Below, piece by piece: positions 48,868 to 58,359 of a stretch of DNA of 64,000 nt. Position numbers and translations under genes: made by a program. Below the pieces are notes generated by a model, which saw only the letters and a program-made list of their open reading frames with translations, ran no database searches and had not been told where the DNA came from. The stretch covers positions 547,910-611,909 of the forward strand of contig DAIOHD010000001.1 in NCBI GenBank assembly GCA_036744835.1, written 5' to 3'. Positions within the stretch are counted from its first letter, which is position 1. Each line of letters opens with the position of its first letter. Source of the DNA: Candidatus Magasanikiibacteriota bacterium. Lineage in GTDB: Bacteria > Patescibacteriota > Patescibacteriia > Magasanikbacterales > GWA2-37-8.

Positions 48868-49596
48868 TCATTCCTGTTTTTCTTTTTTCTCTTTTTGAAA
48901 AACAACAATAGAAAAAATATTTTTTTTAAAGGTTGCGGCTTCTTGAAAAAAAGAAGATCCCAAAAAAACAATTGCATCATTTCCTGCTTTTTGAAACAAA
49001 GAAAACCCAATTAAACCAAGTATCACATCATTTCCTGCTTTTTGAAACAAAGAAAATCCGCAACATATTATACTTGCGTCATTTCTTGCTATTTGGAGTA
49101 AAGAAAATCCGAAAAAGCCAATCATCGTATCGTTTCTTGCTATTTGGAGTAAAGAAAATCCGAAAAAAAACATACTCGCATCATTTCCTGCTTTCTGAAA
49201 CAAAGAAAATCCGAAAATAATAGTGCCGTTATGTCCTGCTATTTGGAGTAAAGAAAAGCCTATAGCAACAACTGCATCATTTCCTGCTTTTTGAAACAAA
49301 GAAAATCCGAAAACAATAGTGCCATTAATTCCAGCTTTTTGGAACAGAGAAATGCCAAACCAAGAAAAAGCATTTTTTTCCGCTAACTGAAAAAACATGC
49401 AAATAGAATATACACTCCCTTCGAAATTAATTCCTCCAAAAACAGAATAAACATTCTTTCCTATCCTCCAAGGATATGAAATAAAAAAAATTCCAATAAG
49501 ATGCATGGGATTGTTAGTTATTAACAATCCGGCCAATACGGTAGCTACAACGGCCACTGTTAAATTTACAACGTTAGCGATATTTCTTTTCATCAT
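48868..49596 (-). CDS. Membrane/secreted protein built of ~9 tandem 17-aa repeats (GFSLFQKAGNDAxxxxx)
   Basis: True start is MMKRNIANVV at 49596 with a GGAGG RBS 6 nt upstream. The track ORF, extended to 49803, runs through the gene's own promoter. The DNA contains a 51-bp tandem array. Confidence 0.5.
   Translation of the reverse strand: MMKRNIANVVNLTVAVVATVLAGLLITNNPMHLIGIFFISYPWRIGKNVYSVFGGINFEGSVYSICMFFQLAEKNAFSWFGISLFQKAGINGTIVFGFSLFQKAGNDAVVAIGFSLLQIAGHNGTIIFGFSLFQKAGNDASMFFFGFSLLQIARNDTMIGFFGFSLLQIARNDASIICCGFSLFQKAGNDVILGLIGFSLFQKAGNDAIVFLGSSFFQEAATFKKNIFSIVVFQKEKKEKQE
48953..49390. repeat. 51-bp tandem repeat array (~8-9 units) inside the repeat-protein gene
   Basis: Recurring unit gcatcatttcctgctttttgaaacaaagaaaatccg..., read directly from the sequence. 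Confidence 0.6.
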
Positions 49597-49638
49597 GACA
49601 AACCTCCAAATAAATAAATTGTTAAAGATCAACAAAGT

Positions 49639-49668
49639 ATTGTGATACATTTTAACAATTTTGTCAAC
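49639..49668 (-). promoter_or_regulatory. Promoter with TTRAC-N6-GTCAA palindrome (shared motif, copy c)
   Basis: Minus strand reads gTTGACAaaattgttaaaatgtatCACAAT. The plus-strand motif is atacattttaacaattttgtcaac. Confidence 0.5.
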
Positions 49669-49797
49669 CCTGGCGCTGAGCGCCAGTAAAGCCACTCTTA
49701 GCGTGGCCCGCGAAGATAAGTCGGAGTTATAGTTACGCTTAACATAGACCCGCTCAGCGGGGGCGTGACAATAAATAAAAGTGACTAATATTAACCA

Positions 49798-49826
49798 AAA
49801 CAAAAAACCGCTTTTTCAGCGGTTTT
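49798..49826 (-). terminator. Intrinsic terminator of the acetyl-CoA synthetase gene
   Basis: aaaccgctgaaaaagcggttt followed by ttgtttt on the minus strand. Confidence 0.6.
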
Positions 49827-49875
49827 TGTTTTTAAAATTTACAATCCTATAACTTTTTACTTTTAACTTTCAACT

Positions 49876-51888
49876 TCATACCATTCTCACATCTACCAAA
49901 TTCACCCCATTTTCATCACAAAACACCGGATTGAAATCCATTTCTTTGATTTCCGGATGTTTTATCGCCAAATCAGATACCGCCAAAATAGTCTTTTTGA
50001 GAGCTTCAAAATTTATCGCCTTTTGTCCTCTACCACCTTTCAAAATATTTATCCCTTTTATATCACCGATTAAATTATCTACATCTTCCGGTGTTAAAGG
50101 AGTTACGCACATAGAAACATCTTTGAGAACCTCTACAAATATTCCACCTAAACCAAAAACTATTGTCGGACCAAAAACCGCATCGCGTTTCATCCCGATA
50201 ATCACTTCCCTACCTTTGGTCATACTTTGCAACAGCATCCCTTCTATTTTGATATCCGAAGTTTTGCCAAAAACATTTTTAGATATTTCTTCCCAGGCTT
50301 TTTCAATTTCTTCCGCATTTTGTAAATTCAGCTTCAAAGCTCCAATATCGCTTTTGTGTAAAACTTTGTCGGTAATTGCTTTGAGTACATAAGGTCCGGT
50401 TAATTTTTCTACAGCGGAAATTATTTCTTTTTTATCTGCAACAAAAATCCCAGAAGTTGCTAGACCAACACTTTGTAATAATTTTTCTGTTTGCGCGAAA
50501 TTGATTTGATCGACAACAACATATTCCTTCTTCTTTTCCTCAACAGGTTTATTTTTGAAAGACAGATAATCCAAGGCTTTGACTAAATGAATAGGGTCGG
50601 AAAAATAAGCGATGTTTTTTTGTCGGAAAATTTTCAAAGCCGGTTCTATTTGTGTTCCGCCGATAAAAAGTGGCAACACAACTTTCTTTTTATTTATTTT
50701 AGAAATAATTTTTGCTGTTTCTTTTATTTGAGTCATCTTTTGTGGAGTGAGGATTACCGCCAAAGCATCAATATCTTTTACTTTGCTTAGAATTTTCAAA
50801 GCACTTTCATATCTATCACTTAACGCGTCACCAATAACATCCACCGGATTACCAACCGCCGCAGTTGCGGGCAATACTTCACGCAAAGATGTTTTTATTT
50901 TATCCGTCAAAGTCGCCAAATTTAAACTTTGTGAAAGCTCCAATAAATCCGCTAAAATAATGGAAGGCCCCCCGCCATTGGTAACTATACCGATATTTTC
51001 AAGTGGTTGATAAATACCAGCGTTAAACATTTTTAACAGATCAAACATCTGCGAAATAGTTTCTACATTGATTACTTTAGCTTGAACGCACACAGCTTCA
51101 AATACTTTGTTTTCCGAAGCTAGTGAACCGGTGTGTGAAGCTACCGCCATAGCACCACGCGCTGTTTTCCCAGCTTTGAGCACTACTAATGGTTTAACAG
51201 CTGTAATCTTTTTTGCTAATTCCAAAAATCTAACTCCGTCAGATACTGCCTCCAAATACATCACAATGGCTTTTGTTTTTTCATCAGTCAATAAATATTC
51301 CAAGAAATCATTTTCCGTGAGTCCGGCTTCGTTGCCCACAGAAATAAATTTAGCAAAACCGATATTTTCTTTTTGCGCAAAATCAAGCATAGAAGTACCC
51401 ACGGCCCCAGATTGTGAAATCACAGAAATACCACCAATCTTTGGAAGTTTGTCGCCGAAAGTTGCATTGAAATTATTTTGACAATCAAAAATTCCTAAAC
51501 AATTCGGACCAATAATTTTTATACCAAAACTTTTTGCGATTTGTTTGAGCTCATCTTCACGTTTTTTTCCTTCTTCTCCTGTTTCTTTATAACCGGCAGT
51601 AATGATAATACAATAAGGAATTTTTTTCTCTCCGCAAGATTTTAGAACACCAGGTACAATTTCCGGTTTGACAGCAATCACGGCCAAATCTATTCCTTCT
51701 TTTATTTCTACTATGGAAGAAAAAACTTGTTCACCCAAAATTTCTTTTTCACTTGGGTTAACCAAAAAAATCCGGCGTTCGTTTTTACCATCAAGTAAAT
51801 TGGAAGCCAAGGCATAGCCGATTTTCTGCGGATTACCCGAAGCTCCGATAACAGCGACACTTTTTGGATTGAATAAATTTTCTAACAT
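49876..51888 (-). CDS. Acetate--CoA ligase (ADP-forming), fused alpha/beta subunits (ACD-type)
   Basis: N-terminal CoA-binding Rossmann (IGASGNPQKIG), succinyl-CoA-synthetase-like ligase domain and C-terminal ATP-grasp. Confidence 0.8.
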   Translation of the reverse strand: MLENLFNPKSVAVIGASGNPQKIGYALASNLLDGKNERRIFLVNPSEKEILGEQVFSSIVEIKEGIDLAVIAVKPEIVPGVLKSCGEKKIPYCIIITAGYKETGEEGKKREDELKQIAKSFGIKIIGPNCLGIFDCQNNFNATFGDKLPKIGGISVISQSGAVGTSMLDFAQKENIGFAKFISVGNEAGLTENDFLEYLLTDEKTKAIVMYLEAVSDGVRFLELAKKITAVKPLVVLKAGKTARGAMAVASHTGSLASENKVFEAVCVQAKVINVETISQMFDLLKMFNAGIYQPLENIGIVTNGGGPSIILADLLELSQSLNLATLTDKIKTSLREVLPATAAVGNPVDVIGDALSDRYESALKILSKVKDIDALAVILTPQKMTQIKETAKIISKINKKKVVLPLFIGGTQIEPALKIFRQKNIAYFSDPIHLVKALDYLSFKNKPVEEKKKEYVVVDQINFAQTEKLLQSVGLATSGIFVADKKEIISAVEKLTGPYVLKAITDKVLHKSDIGALKLNLQNAEEIEKAWEEISKNVFGKTSDIKIEGMLLQSMTKGREVIIGMKRDAVFGPTIVFGLGGIFVEVLKDVSMCVTPLTPEDVDNLIGDIKGINILKGGRGQKAINFEALKKTILAVSDLAIKHPEIKEMDFNPVFCDENGVNLVDVRMV

Positions 51889-52049
51889 ACTTTAATAAAT
51901 TTTCAATTTTTAATTTTTTACCCCGTGAAATCCTGTCAAAGACAGGATCGCCTTCGGCAATATTTCACAGGGGTGAATTTTTAATTAATTTTCAATTACC
52001 GATCACCGATTTTCGTAGTTTCGTAGATTATTCGTACGTTCGTACGTAA

Positions 52050-52823
52050 TTACAATTGTTCTTCAAAGGTCGATCTTTCCACATCATAAAATATACCCAG
52101 CGGTATTTTTTCCATTTCCTGTACTTTTTCCATCGCCCATTTCAAATCATTTTTTGGTAAATTGGAATCAAGTTGGTAAACTTTTTCTTTAAAATATTCA
52201 CGAGTATCGTTGAAACTGATACAAGGTTGGATAATATCCAAAAAAGCGAAACCTTTGTGTAAAATAGCTTTTTTCATCACTTGAGTTAGAAAAACCATAT
52301 CTCCGGTATAAGCACGAGCAACAAAAGTAGCACCAGCACTTAGCATCACCAGAAGCGGATTGAGTGGCTCTTCCACACTCCCCTGCGGAGTTGATTTACC
52401 TTTGTAACCTCTGTTACTGGTAGGAGTAACTTGACCGGTAGTCAAACCAAAAACTTGATTATTATGAACAAATAATTTAATATCACTGTTTCTTTTGGCA
52501 GCGTGAACTAAATGTTCTACCCCTTCAGCATAAGAATCTCCGTCTCCAGAAAATGCGATTGCGGTCAAATCGGGATTTCCTAATTTTACACCAGTCATAG
52601 TTGGCACCACGCGACCATGAAGAGAAATAATACTATTCACATTTACATAATCGGCTATTTTACCATGACACCCAATACCAGCTCCGACTACAATATTATC
52701 TTTTTTAATTTTCCCTTCCGTCACCAATTCGGTTATCGCGTTTTTAAACGCGGTCAAAATCATGAAATTGGTACAACCCGGGCACCAGGTGTTTTTTGCT
52801 TTGGTATTTAAATCTACAGTCAT
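52050..52823 (-). CDS. 2-oxoacid:ferredoxin oxidoreductase beta (TPP-binding) subunit
   Basis: WCPGCTNF, GIGCHGK and GDGD(S) TPP motifs. Confidence 0.85.
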   Translation of the reverse strand: MTVDLNTKAKNTWCPGCTNFMILTAFKNAITELVTEGKIKKDNIVVGAGIGCHGKIADYVNVNSIISLHGRVVPTMTGVKLGNPDLTAIAFSGDGDSYAEGVEHLVHAAKRNSDIKLFVHNNQVFGLTTGQVTPTSNRGYKGKSTPQGSVEEPLNPLLVMLSAGATFVARAYTGDMVFLTQVMKKAILHKGFAFLDIIQPCISFNDTREYFKEKVYQLDSNLPKNDLKWAMEKVQEMEKIPLGIFYDVERSTFEEQL

Positions 52824-52824
52824 A

Positions 52825-54522
52825 TTATATTATTTTATTTATTTTTTTTGCTAGTTCCATCGGTTCAAAAGAATAAGTGTCGTATTTCAAAATTTTATGT
52901 TTTATTTCTATCCCGGTTTTTTCGCGAATTAAGCTAGCCAAAGGAGAGGTATAATTTAATTCTACATCAATAATTTTTTTAGCTCCTTTGAAAGTGTCTA
53001 GTAAACTCTTAGTCGACAATGGTTCTATTGCCAAAATTTGTACAGCTTTAATAGGTTTTTTGGTGTGCTTTATCGCTTCCAAAACTGCACCTTTGGTAGA
53101 TCCCCAAAACACAATGATATTTTTACTATTTTTATCACCATAAATTCTTATGCTTTTCATCCCAATCATTTCTTTTTCCAAATTTTTTATTTTAGCAAAT
53201 CTTTTATCAAACATTTTTTGCGTTATCTCTGCACTCTCGGTTATCAAACCATCTTCGCTATGCTCATAACTATTGGCTTTAACCACGGTGTCGGGGTTTC
53301 CTGGAAAACAAAGAGGAGAAACACCGTCGGTGCTAAAAGCATAGCGTAGATAATTTTTTCCTCCTTTGCTAATTTTTATTTTTTCCGATTTAATTTTTAT
53401 TTTACTAAAATCCGCATTTGATAAACTTTCAGATAGATGTTTATCAAGCGCTATCATCACCGGTAATTGATATTGCCAAGCTAAATTTATCGCTTTTCCA
53501 CCCAATTCATAAGCCTCTTCCTGATCACCAGGAGCTAAAACAATTCGCGGAAATTCACCCAAAACCTGTCGGATAAATTGTAGATCACCTTGCGCGGTTC
53601 TAGTTGGCACACCGGTTGATGGGCCAGGACGCTGTGACTCCACTACTACAGTTGGAATTTCAGCAATCCCTGCCATACTCAAAGCCTCGGTCATTAAAGC
53701 AAATCCCCCACCAGAAGTCCCAGTGGCAGTACGGGCTCCAGCAAAAGCGCTACCCAAAACCATATTGATAACCGCCACTTCGCTTTCGGCCTGAGTAACT
53801 TTCAGACCATATTTTGGTGCTTGTTTGGCCAAATGATGTAAAACACTGGTAGCTGGAGTCATAGGATAGGCAATGTAATTTTTCATACCACCCGCTACCA
53901 AACCTTCACCTATCGCTGCATTACCGTCAATAATCTGTCCTTTAATTTTTTTATCAGGACGATCAAATTTTATTTTTCCAAAACTCTTATCTTGTAAATA
54001 ATCACAACCTTTTTTACTCAAATCAATATTTATTTGAGCTTTGGCACCAAAAATTTCCGTAAAAACTTTATTTAAACTTTCAAGCGGTAAATCATAAAAA
54101 CAACAAAGAGCACCCAGTGCAACCGCCGTGCGCGCTAAACTAGGAGCTCCTAATTCTTTGGTATAAGAACTAATCGGCAAACTTACCAATTGTCCAGGTT
54201 TACCGCTAACAGAATTTAAAATATTATCAAAAAATATTACACCGGATTTTTTGAGTTCATTTTTATGTAAATCCACAGTTTCCTGATTGAACGCAATAAT
54301 CGCATCGAGTTCTTGATAATCACTATAAATTTTTTCTTTGGAAAAAGAAACACGACAAAAATTATGTCCACCGCGAATCAGCGACGGATATTCCATGCTA
54401 GCAAAAACATAATAACCCAACTTACAAAACAAACGTGCCAAATTTACTCCGGCCTCTCTGGCTCCATCTCCGGCCTGGCCGCCTATTAAAATAGTGTATA
54501 TTTTTTCTTGATTTTTCTTCAT
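52825..54522 (-). CDS. 2-oxoacid:ferredoxin oxidoreductase alpha subunit with an N-terminal gamma-like domain
   Basis: ILIGGQAGDG (gamma-type) followed by the PFOR alpha core. The ATG at 54522 (MKKNQEK) was chosen because it abuts the hydA stop. The track ORF starts 54 nt earlier and overlaps hydA. Confidence 0.75.
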   Translation of the reverse strand: MKKNQEKIYTILIGGQAGDGAREAGVNLARLFCKLGYYVFASMEYPSLIRGGHNFCRVSFSKEKIYSDYQELDAIIAFNQETVDLHKNELKKSGVIFFDNILNSVSGKPGQLVSLPISSYTKELGAPSLARTAVALGALCCFYDLPLESLNKVFTEIFGAKAQINIDLSKKGCDYLQDKSFGKIKFDRPDKKIKGQIIDGNAAIGEGLVAGGMKNYIAYPMTPATSVLHHLAKQAPKYGLKVTQAESEVAVINMVLGSAFAGARTATGTSGGGFALMTEALSMAGIAEIPTVVVESQRPGPSTGVPTRTAQGDLQFIRQVLGEFPRIVLAPGDQEEAYELGGKAINLAWQYQLPVMIALDKHLSESLSNADFSKIKIKSEKIKISKGGKNYLRYAFSTDGVSPLCFPGNPDTVVKANSYEHSEDGLITESAEITQKMFDKRFAKIKNLEKEMIGMKSIRIYGDKNSKNIIVFWGSTKGAVLEAIKHTKKPIKAVQILAIEPLSTKSLLDTFKGAKKIIDVELNYTSPLASLIREKTGIEIKHKILKYDTYSFEPMELAKKINKII

Positions 54523-54523
54523 A

Positions 54524-56272
54524 TTATTTTTTGATTTTAATTTTACTTTTACCTTCCGGTTTAAAATCCACTTCAAACATTTTTTTAGTTAATTTTTTAT
54601 CAGTCAAAAATTCCTTATAAACTTTCTGAACTTGCGGATTTTGGTGCGCCAAACGTATTTTTTTGGTTTTATCTATTTGATAAAGAGAATCTGCTCTTTT
54701 TTGACGAATCTCTTCGTTGGTCGGTAGGGGTTGCCCACCACCGCCGATACAACCTCCGGGACATGCCATCACTTCTACAAATTGATATTTTTTCGGATCA
54801 ACTTTCAATTCTTCCAAAATAATTTTAGCATTTTTCAAACCATTTACCACCGCTACTTTTAATTCCACACATTTATCACCACCAAATTTAACCGGTTTAC
54901 AAAGTCTGATAGTTGCTCTTTTGATACCTTCTTGACCACGTACTTGATCAAAATCCACTTTTTGCAAATCACGACCAAATAAACGAAAATAAGCAGTGCG
55001 CAAAGCACTTTCCATCACACCGCCAGATGCCCCGTATAATACACCTGCGCCACTTGGGTCACCAAGCGGATTATCGGCTGGATCTTCTTTGATAGTTTTG
55101 AAATCTATTTTTTTATCTCGCAAAATCCATGCTAGTTCTCGAGTAGTCCAAACATAATCCACAGGTTTGAGACCATTATCAAAATTTAACTCTTCTCGAC
55201 TAGCTTCATATTTTTTGGCCGTGCAAGGCATGATAGAAACCATCACAATATCTTTAGGGTCTATGTTTTGTTTTGGCGCAAAATAATTTTTAATAACCGC
55301 TCCCAACATTATTTGTGGTGATCTGGCATGAGAAATATTTTTTCTAAATTCAGGATGATAAAATTCTACAAACTTTACCCACGAAGGACAGCACGAAGTA
55401 AATATTGGCAAATTTTTTCCAGACAAAATCCTCTCAATTGCTTCACCGGCTTCCTCTGTTGTAGTAAAATCAGCGCCAACAGATGTATCAAAGACATAAT
55501 CAAAACCTATTTTTTTTAAAGAAGCAGATAATTTATCAGTAGCAATTGAACCATAAGGCATACCGAATTCTTCACCAATACTGGTGCGAATAGATGGAGC
55601 AAATTGTGCCACTAAAATTTTTCCTTGTTTTTTAAGCGCTAAAACTTTTTCCATTTCTTCAAACTCACCTTCACTTTTGATGGCACCTACCGGACAATGC
55701 ACAATACACTGACCGCAGTAAACACAATCTTTATTTTTATCAGTACTTGGCTCAATAGAGATATTACTTCCACGATTTTTGATTTCATAATAACCAACCG
55801 GACAAACCTCTACGCAGTTGCGACAATCAATACATTTTTTACCTTCGAAAATTATCGGTCCAAATTGTTTACTCGGTCTTTTTTCTTTACGATTAGGAAA
55901 TCTGGTAATTTTGGCACGAAGTGGTTTTTGATATTGTAATAATCCACAACGTTTATTCCAAGTACAATTTTCACAATCTAAATGATGTTGCCCAAAAATC
56001 AATTCTAAATTCATTTTACGACTACGACGAATTTCTTTATCATCAGTGATTATCTCCATCCCGTCTTCTACCGGTGTAGAACAAGAGGTAAACAAACCGT
56101 TACGACCCTTAATTTTTACTACACACATTCGACAGTTGGCTTTTACTTTTAAATCAGGATGATCACAAAGATGTGGAATTTCTATCCCATTTTTTTGCGC
56201 TACATATAAAATCATTTTGTCTTCGGTACATTCTATTTTTTTACCGTCAATTTTAATGGTTATTTTTTTCAT
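54524..56272 (-). CDS. hydA: [FeFe] hydrogenase catalytic subunit HydA with N-terminal 2Fe-2S/4Fe-4S domains
   Basis: H-cluster motifs TSCCPSWV and MACPGGCIGGGGQP plus ferredoxin-like Cys clusters. Confidence 0.85.
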   Translation of the reverse strand: MKKITIKIDGKKIECTEDKMILYVAQKNGIEIPHLCDHPDLKVKANCRMCVVKIKGRNGLFTSCSTPVEDGMEIITDDKEIRRSRKMNLELIFGQHHLDCENCTWNKRCGLLQYQKPLRAKITRFPNRKEKRPSKQFGPIIFEGKKCIDCRNCVEVCPVGYYEIKNRGSNISIEPSTDKNKDCVYCGQCIVHCPVGAIKSEGEFEEMEKVLALKKQGKILVAQFAPSIRTSIGEEFGMPYGSIATDKLSASLKKIGFDYVFDTSVGADFTTTEEAGEAIERILSGKNLPIFTSCCPSWVKFVEFYHPEFRKNISHARSPQIMLGAVIKNYFAPKQNIDPKDIVMVSIMPCTAKKYEASREELNFDNGLKPVDYVWTTRELAWILRDKKIDFKTIKEDPADNPLGDPSGAGVLYGASGGVMESALRTAYFRLFGRDLQKVDFDQVRGQEGIKRATIRLCKPVKFGGDKCVELKVAVVNGLKNAKIILEELKVDPKKYQFVEVMACPGGCIGGGGQPLPTNEEIRQKRADSLYQIDKTKKIRLAHQNPQVQKVYKEFLTDKKLTKKMFEVDFKPEGKSKIKIKK

Positions 56273-56274
56273 AG

Positions 56275-57285
56275 TTATTTAGAATCTCTTTTATTTTTAT
56301 AACTAACTTTCACGCTTTCGAGCATCGAATCAATAGGTAAATAAACACTTTTACCCAAAGGACAGAAAGAAGTGTCACGCATAGCACGTAAAACACTGCG
56401 TAAAAGCACCATATCAATTTCATTTTTTTGCAACATTTCTCTGAGACGATAAAGACCCTCCCGGCACGGTACACATTTACCGCAATTATAATCAAAGAAA
56501 AAATTAACCCATTTTTTAATCAACTCTTTAGTGTCCGTTTTTTTTAAATTATACATTATGATACCACCAGCACCGCAAATTGGTTTATTCAATTCTTCTT
56601 GAGTTAAAATTTCTCCAGCTGCCCCCCCGCCAACTTGCACAAAATATTCAAAGCGTGGAACGTTTTTGGTTTTTTTCAAAATTTCTCCAACAGTCATATC
56701 AACAGGTAGTTCATAAGCGCCTTTTTTGGGTGCATCACCACCAATACAATAAAATCTGGTATTTTTATATTCTCCATGCTGAATTTGAGAAATTTGGTAA
56801 AAAGTTTCCACATTGTTTATCAAAGTAGGACAGCCAGATAACCCCACTTCGGTCGGATACGGAGGTTTCAAACGTGGTTCTGGCAAATTACCCTCTATAG
56901 TTTCTAAAAGAGTTGTTTCCTCTCCACCTAAATAACCTATTTTTTCTGCTGTTAATTCAATCGGCAATTTACCAATGTATTTTTTCAGATGATTTTTAAA
57001 CTTTTTCAAATAATCTTGTCGCAAATAAATATAAGCTTTATCGGCCCCAAGAGTATCCATTGCTATCTTGATACCTTCTACTACTTTTTCCGGATAATTT
57101 TGCAAAATATAACCGTCTTTAGACATCCCCGGCTCACCTTCCGCACCGTTACAAATTATATAACACGGTTGATTAAAATCGCGTAAATGGCCTTTGGCCA
57201 CCGCCAACCATTTAAAAGCAGTTGGAAACTCCGCCCCCCCTCGCCCCTTGAGGTTAAATTCTTGAATTTTGTTGATAAATTTCAT
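56275..57285 (-). CDS. NuoF/HydB-like NAD(P)H-binding flavoprotein subunit (short)
   Basis: GRGGAEFPTAFKW FMN site, CNGAEGEPG, and C-terminal CxxCxxC...C 4Fe-4S motif. Confidence 0.75.
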   Translation of the reverse strand: MKFINKIQEFNLKGRGGAEFPTAFKWLAVAKGHLRDFNQPCYIICNGAEGEPGMSKDGYILQNYPEKVVEGIKIAMDTLGADKAYIYLRQDYLKKFKNHLKKYIGKLPIELTAEKIGYLGGEETTLLETIEGNLPEPRLKPPYPTEVGLSGCPTLINNVETFYQISQIQHGEYKNTRFYCIGGDAPKKGAYELPVDMTVGEILKKTKNVPRFEYFVQVGGGAAGEILTQEELNKPICGAGGIIMYNLKKTDTKELIKKWVNFFFDYNCGKCVPCREGLYRLREMLQKNEIDMVLLRSVLRAMRDTSFCPLGKSVYLPIDSMLESVKVSYKNKRDSK

Positions 57286-57387
57286 AAAATTTTTGTTTTT
57301 AATTGCGAAAATATTATACCATTTTTTGAAATTATTTACAAAAAAACCTCCGCCATAATAGCGGAGGTTTTTTGATTTTTTTGAAAA

Positions 57388-57669
57388 TTATAGAACTGCA
57401 TCTTTAGCAGCTTTGGCAACACGGAATTTTACCACGGTTTTAGCAGGAATCTTGATGGTTTCACCGGTAGCTGGGTTACGGCCCATACGAGCGGCTCTTT
57501 TAATTTTAATCAATTTTCCAAAACCAGGAATAACAAATTCGTTTCCTTTTTTAACTTCTTTGTAAGCAACGTCTGTCATTGCATCCAAGAAATTAGCGAC
57601 TTCTTTTTTGCTCAAATTGGTAGCTTCGGAAAGCACACCGAGCAATTGAGACTTGGTCATTTTTGCCAT
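57388..57669 (-). CDS. hup: HU-family DNA-binding protein
   Basis: 93 aa with the GFGKL..R.ARMGRNP.TGE beta-arm signature. Confidence 0.85.
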   Translation of the reverse strand: MAKMTKSQLLGVLSEATNLSKKEVANFLDAMTDVAYKEVKKGNEFVIPGFGKLIKIKRAARMGRNPATGETIKIPAKTVVKFRVAKAAKDAVL

Positions 57670-57835
57670 AGTGGTAAAAATTAAATTAATTAATAAATAA
57701 ATTAATTTTTGGGCGGAAATTATACTTTCCTTGACCCGCCTTTATTATACACCAATAAAATCAATAGCAACAGCCCCTCCCCTGTGGAAAACCCTTTATT
57801 TACAATATGTTTTAAAAGTTGTCGTTAAAAAAACC

Positions 57836-58342
57836 TTATTTTTTGCGATAATTCTCACCAAAAAGACCACTCTCAACAACACTATGGTCAAGTTCTTTTT
57901 CTTTAATAACTTCATCGTTTATTTCTTTTTGCCAAGTACTCCAATCAAAACTATCGACTGATCCTTCGTAACCAATATTTTCAAAATATTCTTCTATCAA
58001 AGAATCGGGTAAATATGGGCGATCTTCTAAAGGTAAACGATGTTCATTTCTTTGTAATAAACTTTCTACTGTCGCCATTTGTTCAAAATACTCATCTATT
58101 TTTTTATACTCTTTTTCTTTATTTTCAAAATCTTTTTTATCTTCTTGGTATTGTCTTTGAGTCAAACGATAAACATAATCTCTTCTCTTGCTTACCCCTG
58201 GAATTCTTTTGCCATAAATTTCATCACAAGCTTTGTTTATCAAATTAACTTTTTTTTCATCAAATTCTTCTTTCAATTTTTCCACCAAGCTCACTACTCT
58301 ATCAACCTCTTTTCTATCTTCTTTGTTTAAATATAAAGCCAT
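57836..58342 (-). CDS. Hypothetical acidic protein
   Basis: 168-aa ORF immediately downstream of the PRTase-like gene in the same operon. Confidence 0.4.
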   Translation of the reverse strand: MALYLNKEDRKEVDRVVSLVEKLKEEFDEKKVNLINKACDEIYGKRIPGVSKRRDYVYRLTQRQYQEDKKDFENKEKEYKKIDEYFEQMATVESLLQRNEHRLPLEDRPYLPDSLIEEYFENIGYEGSVDSFDWSTWQKEINDEVIKEKELDHSVVESGLFGENYRKK

Positions 58343-58359
58343 ACAATTTTAGTTAATGT

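Noticed and set aside
48801-49220. ORFs 48801..49010 (-) and 48933..49220 (+) overlapping the 51-bp tandem array
   Set aside because: These are alternative-frame translations of the tandem repeat (repetitive K/F-rich peptides) and overlap the supported repeat-protein frame.
52825-54576. Alternative korA start at 54576 (track ORF) giving a 53-nt overlap with hydA
   Set aside because: The internal ATG at 54522 (MKKNQEKIYTILIGGQAGDG) begins right after the hydA stop and places the gamma-type glycine motif at the expected N-terminal distance. The longer ORF is kept only as an alternative.
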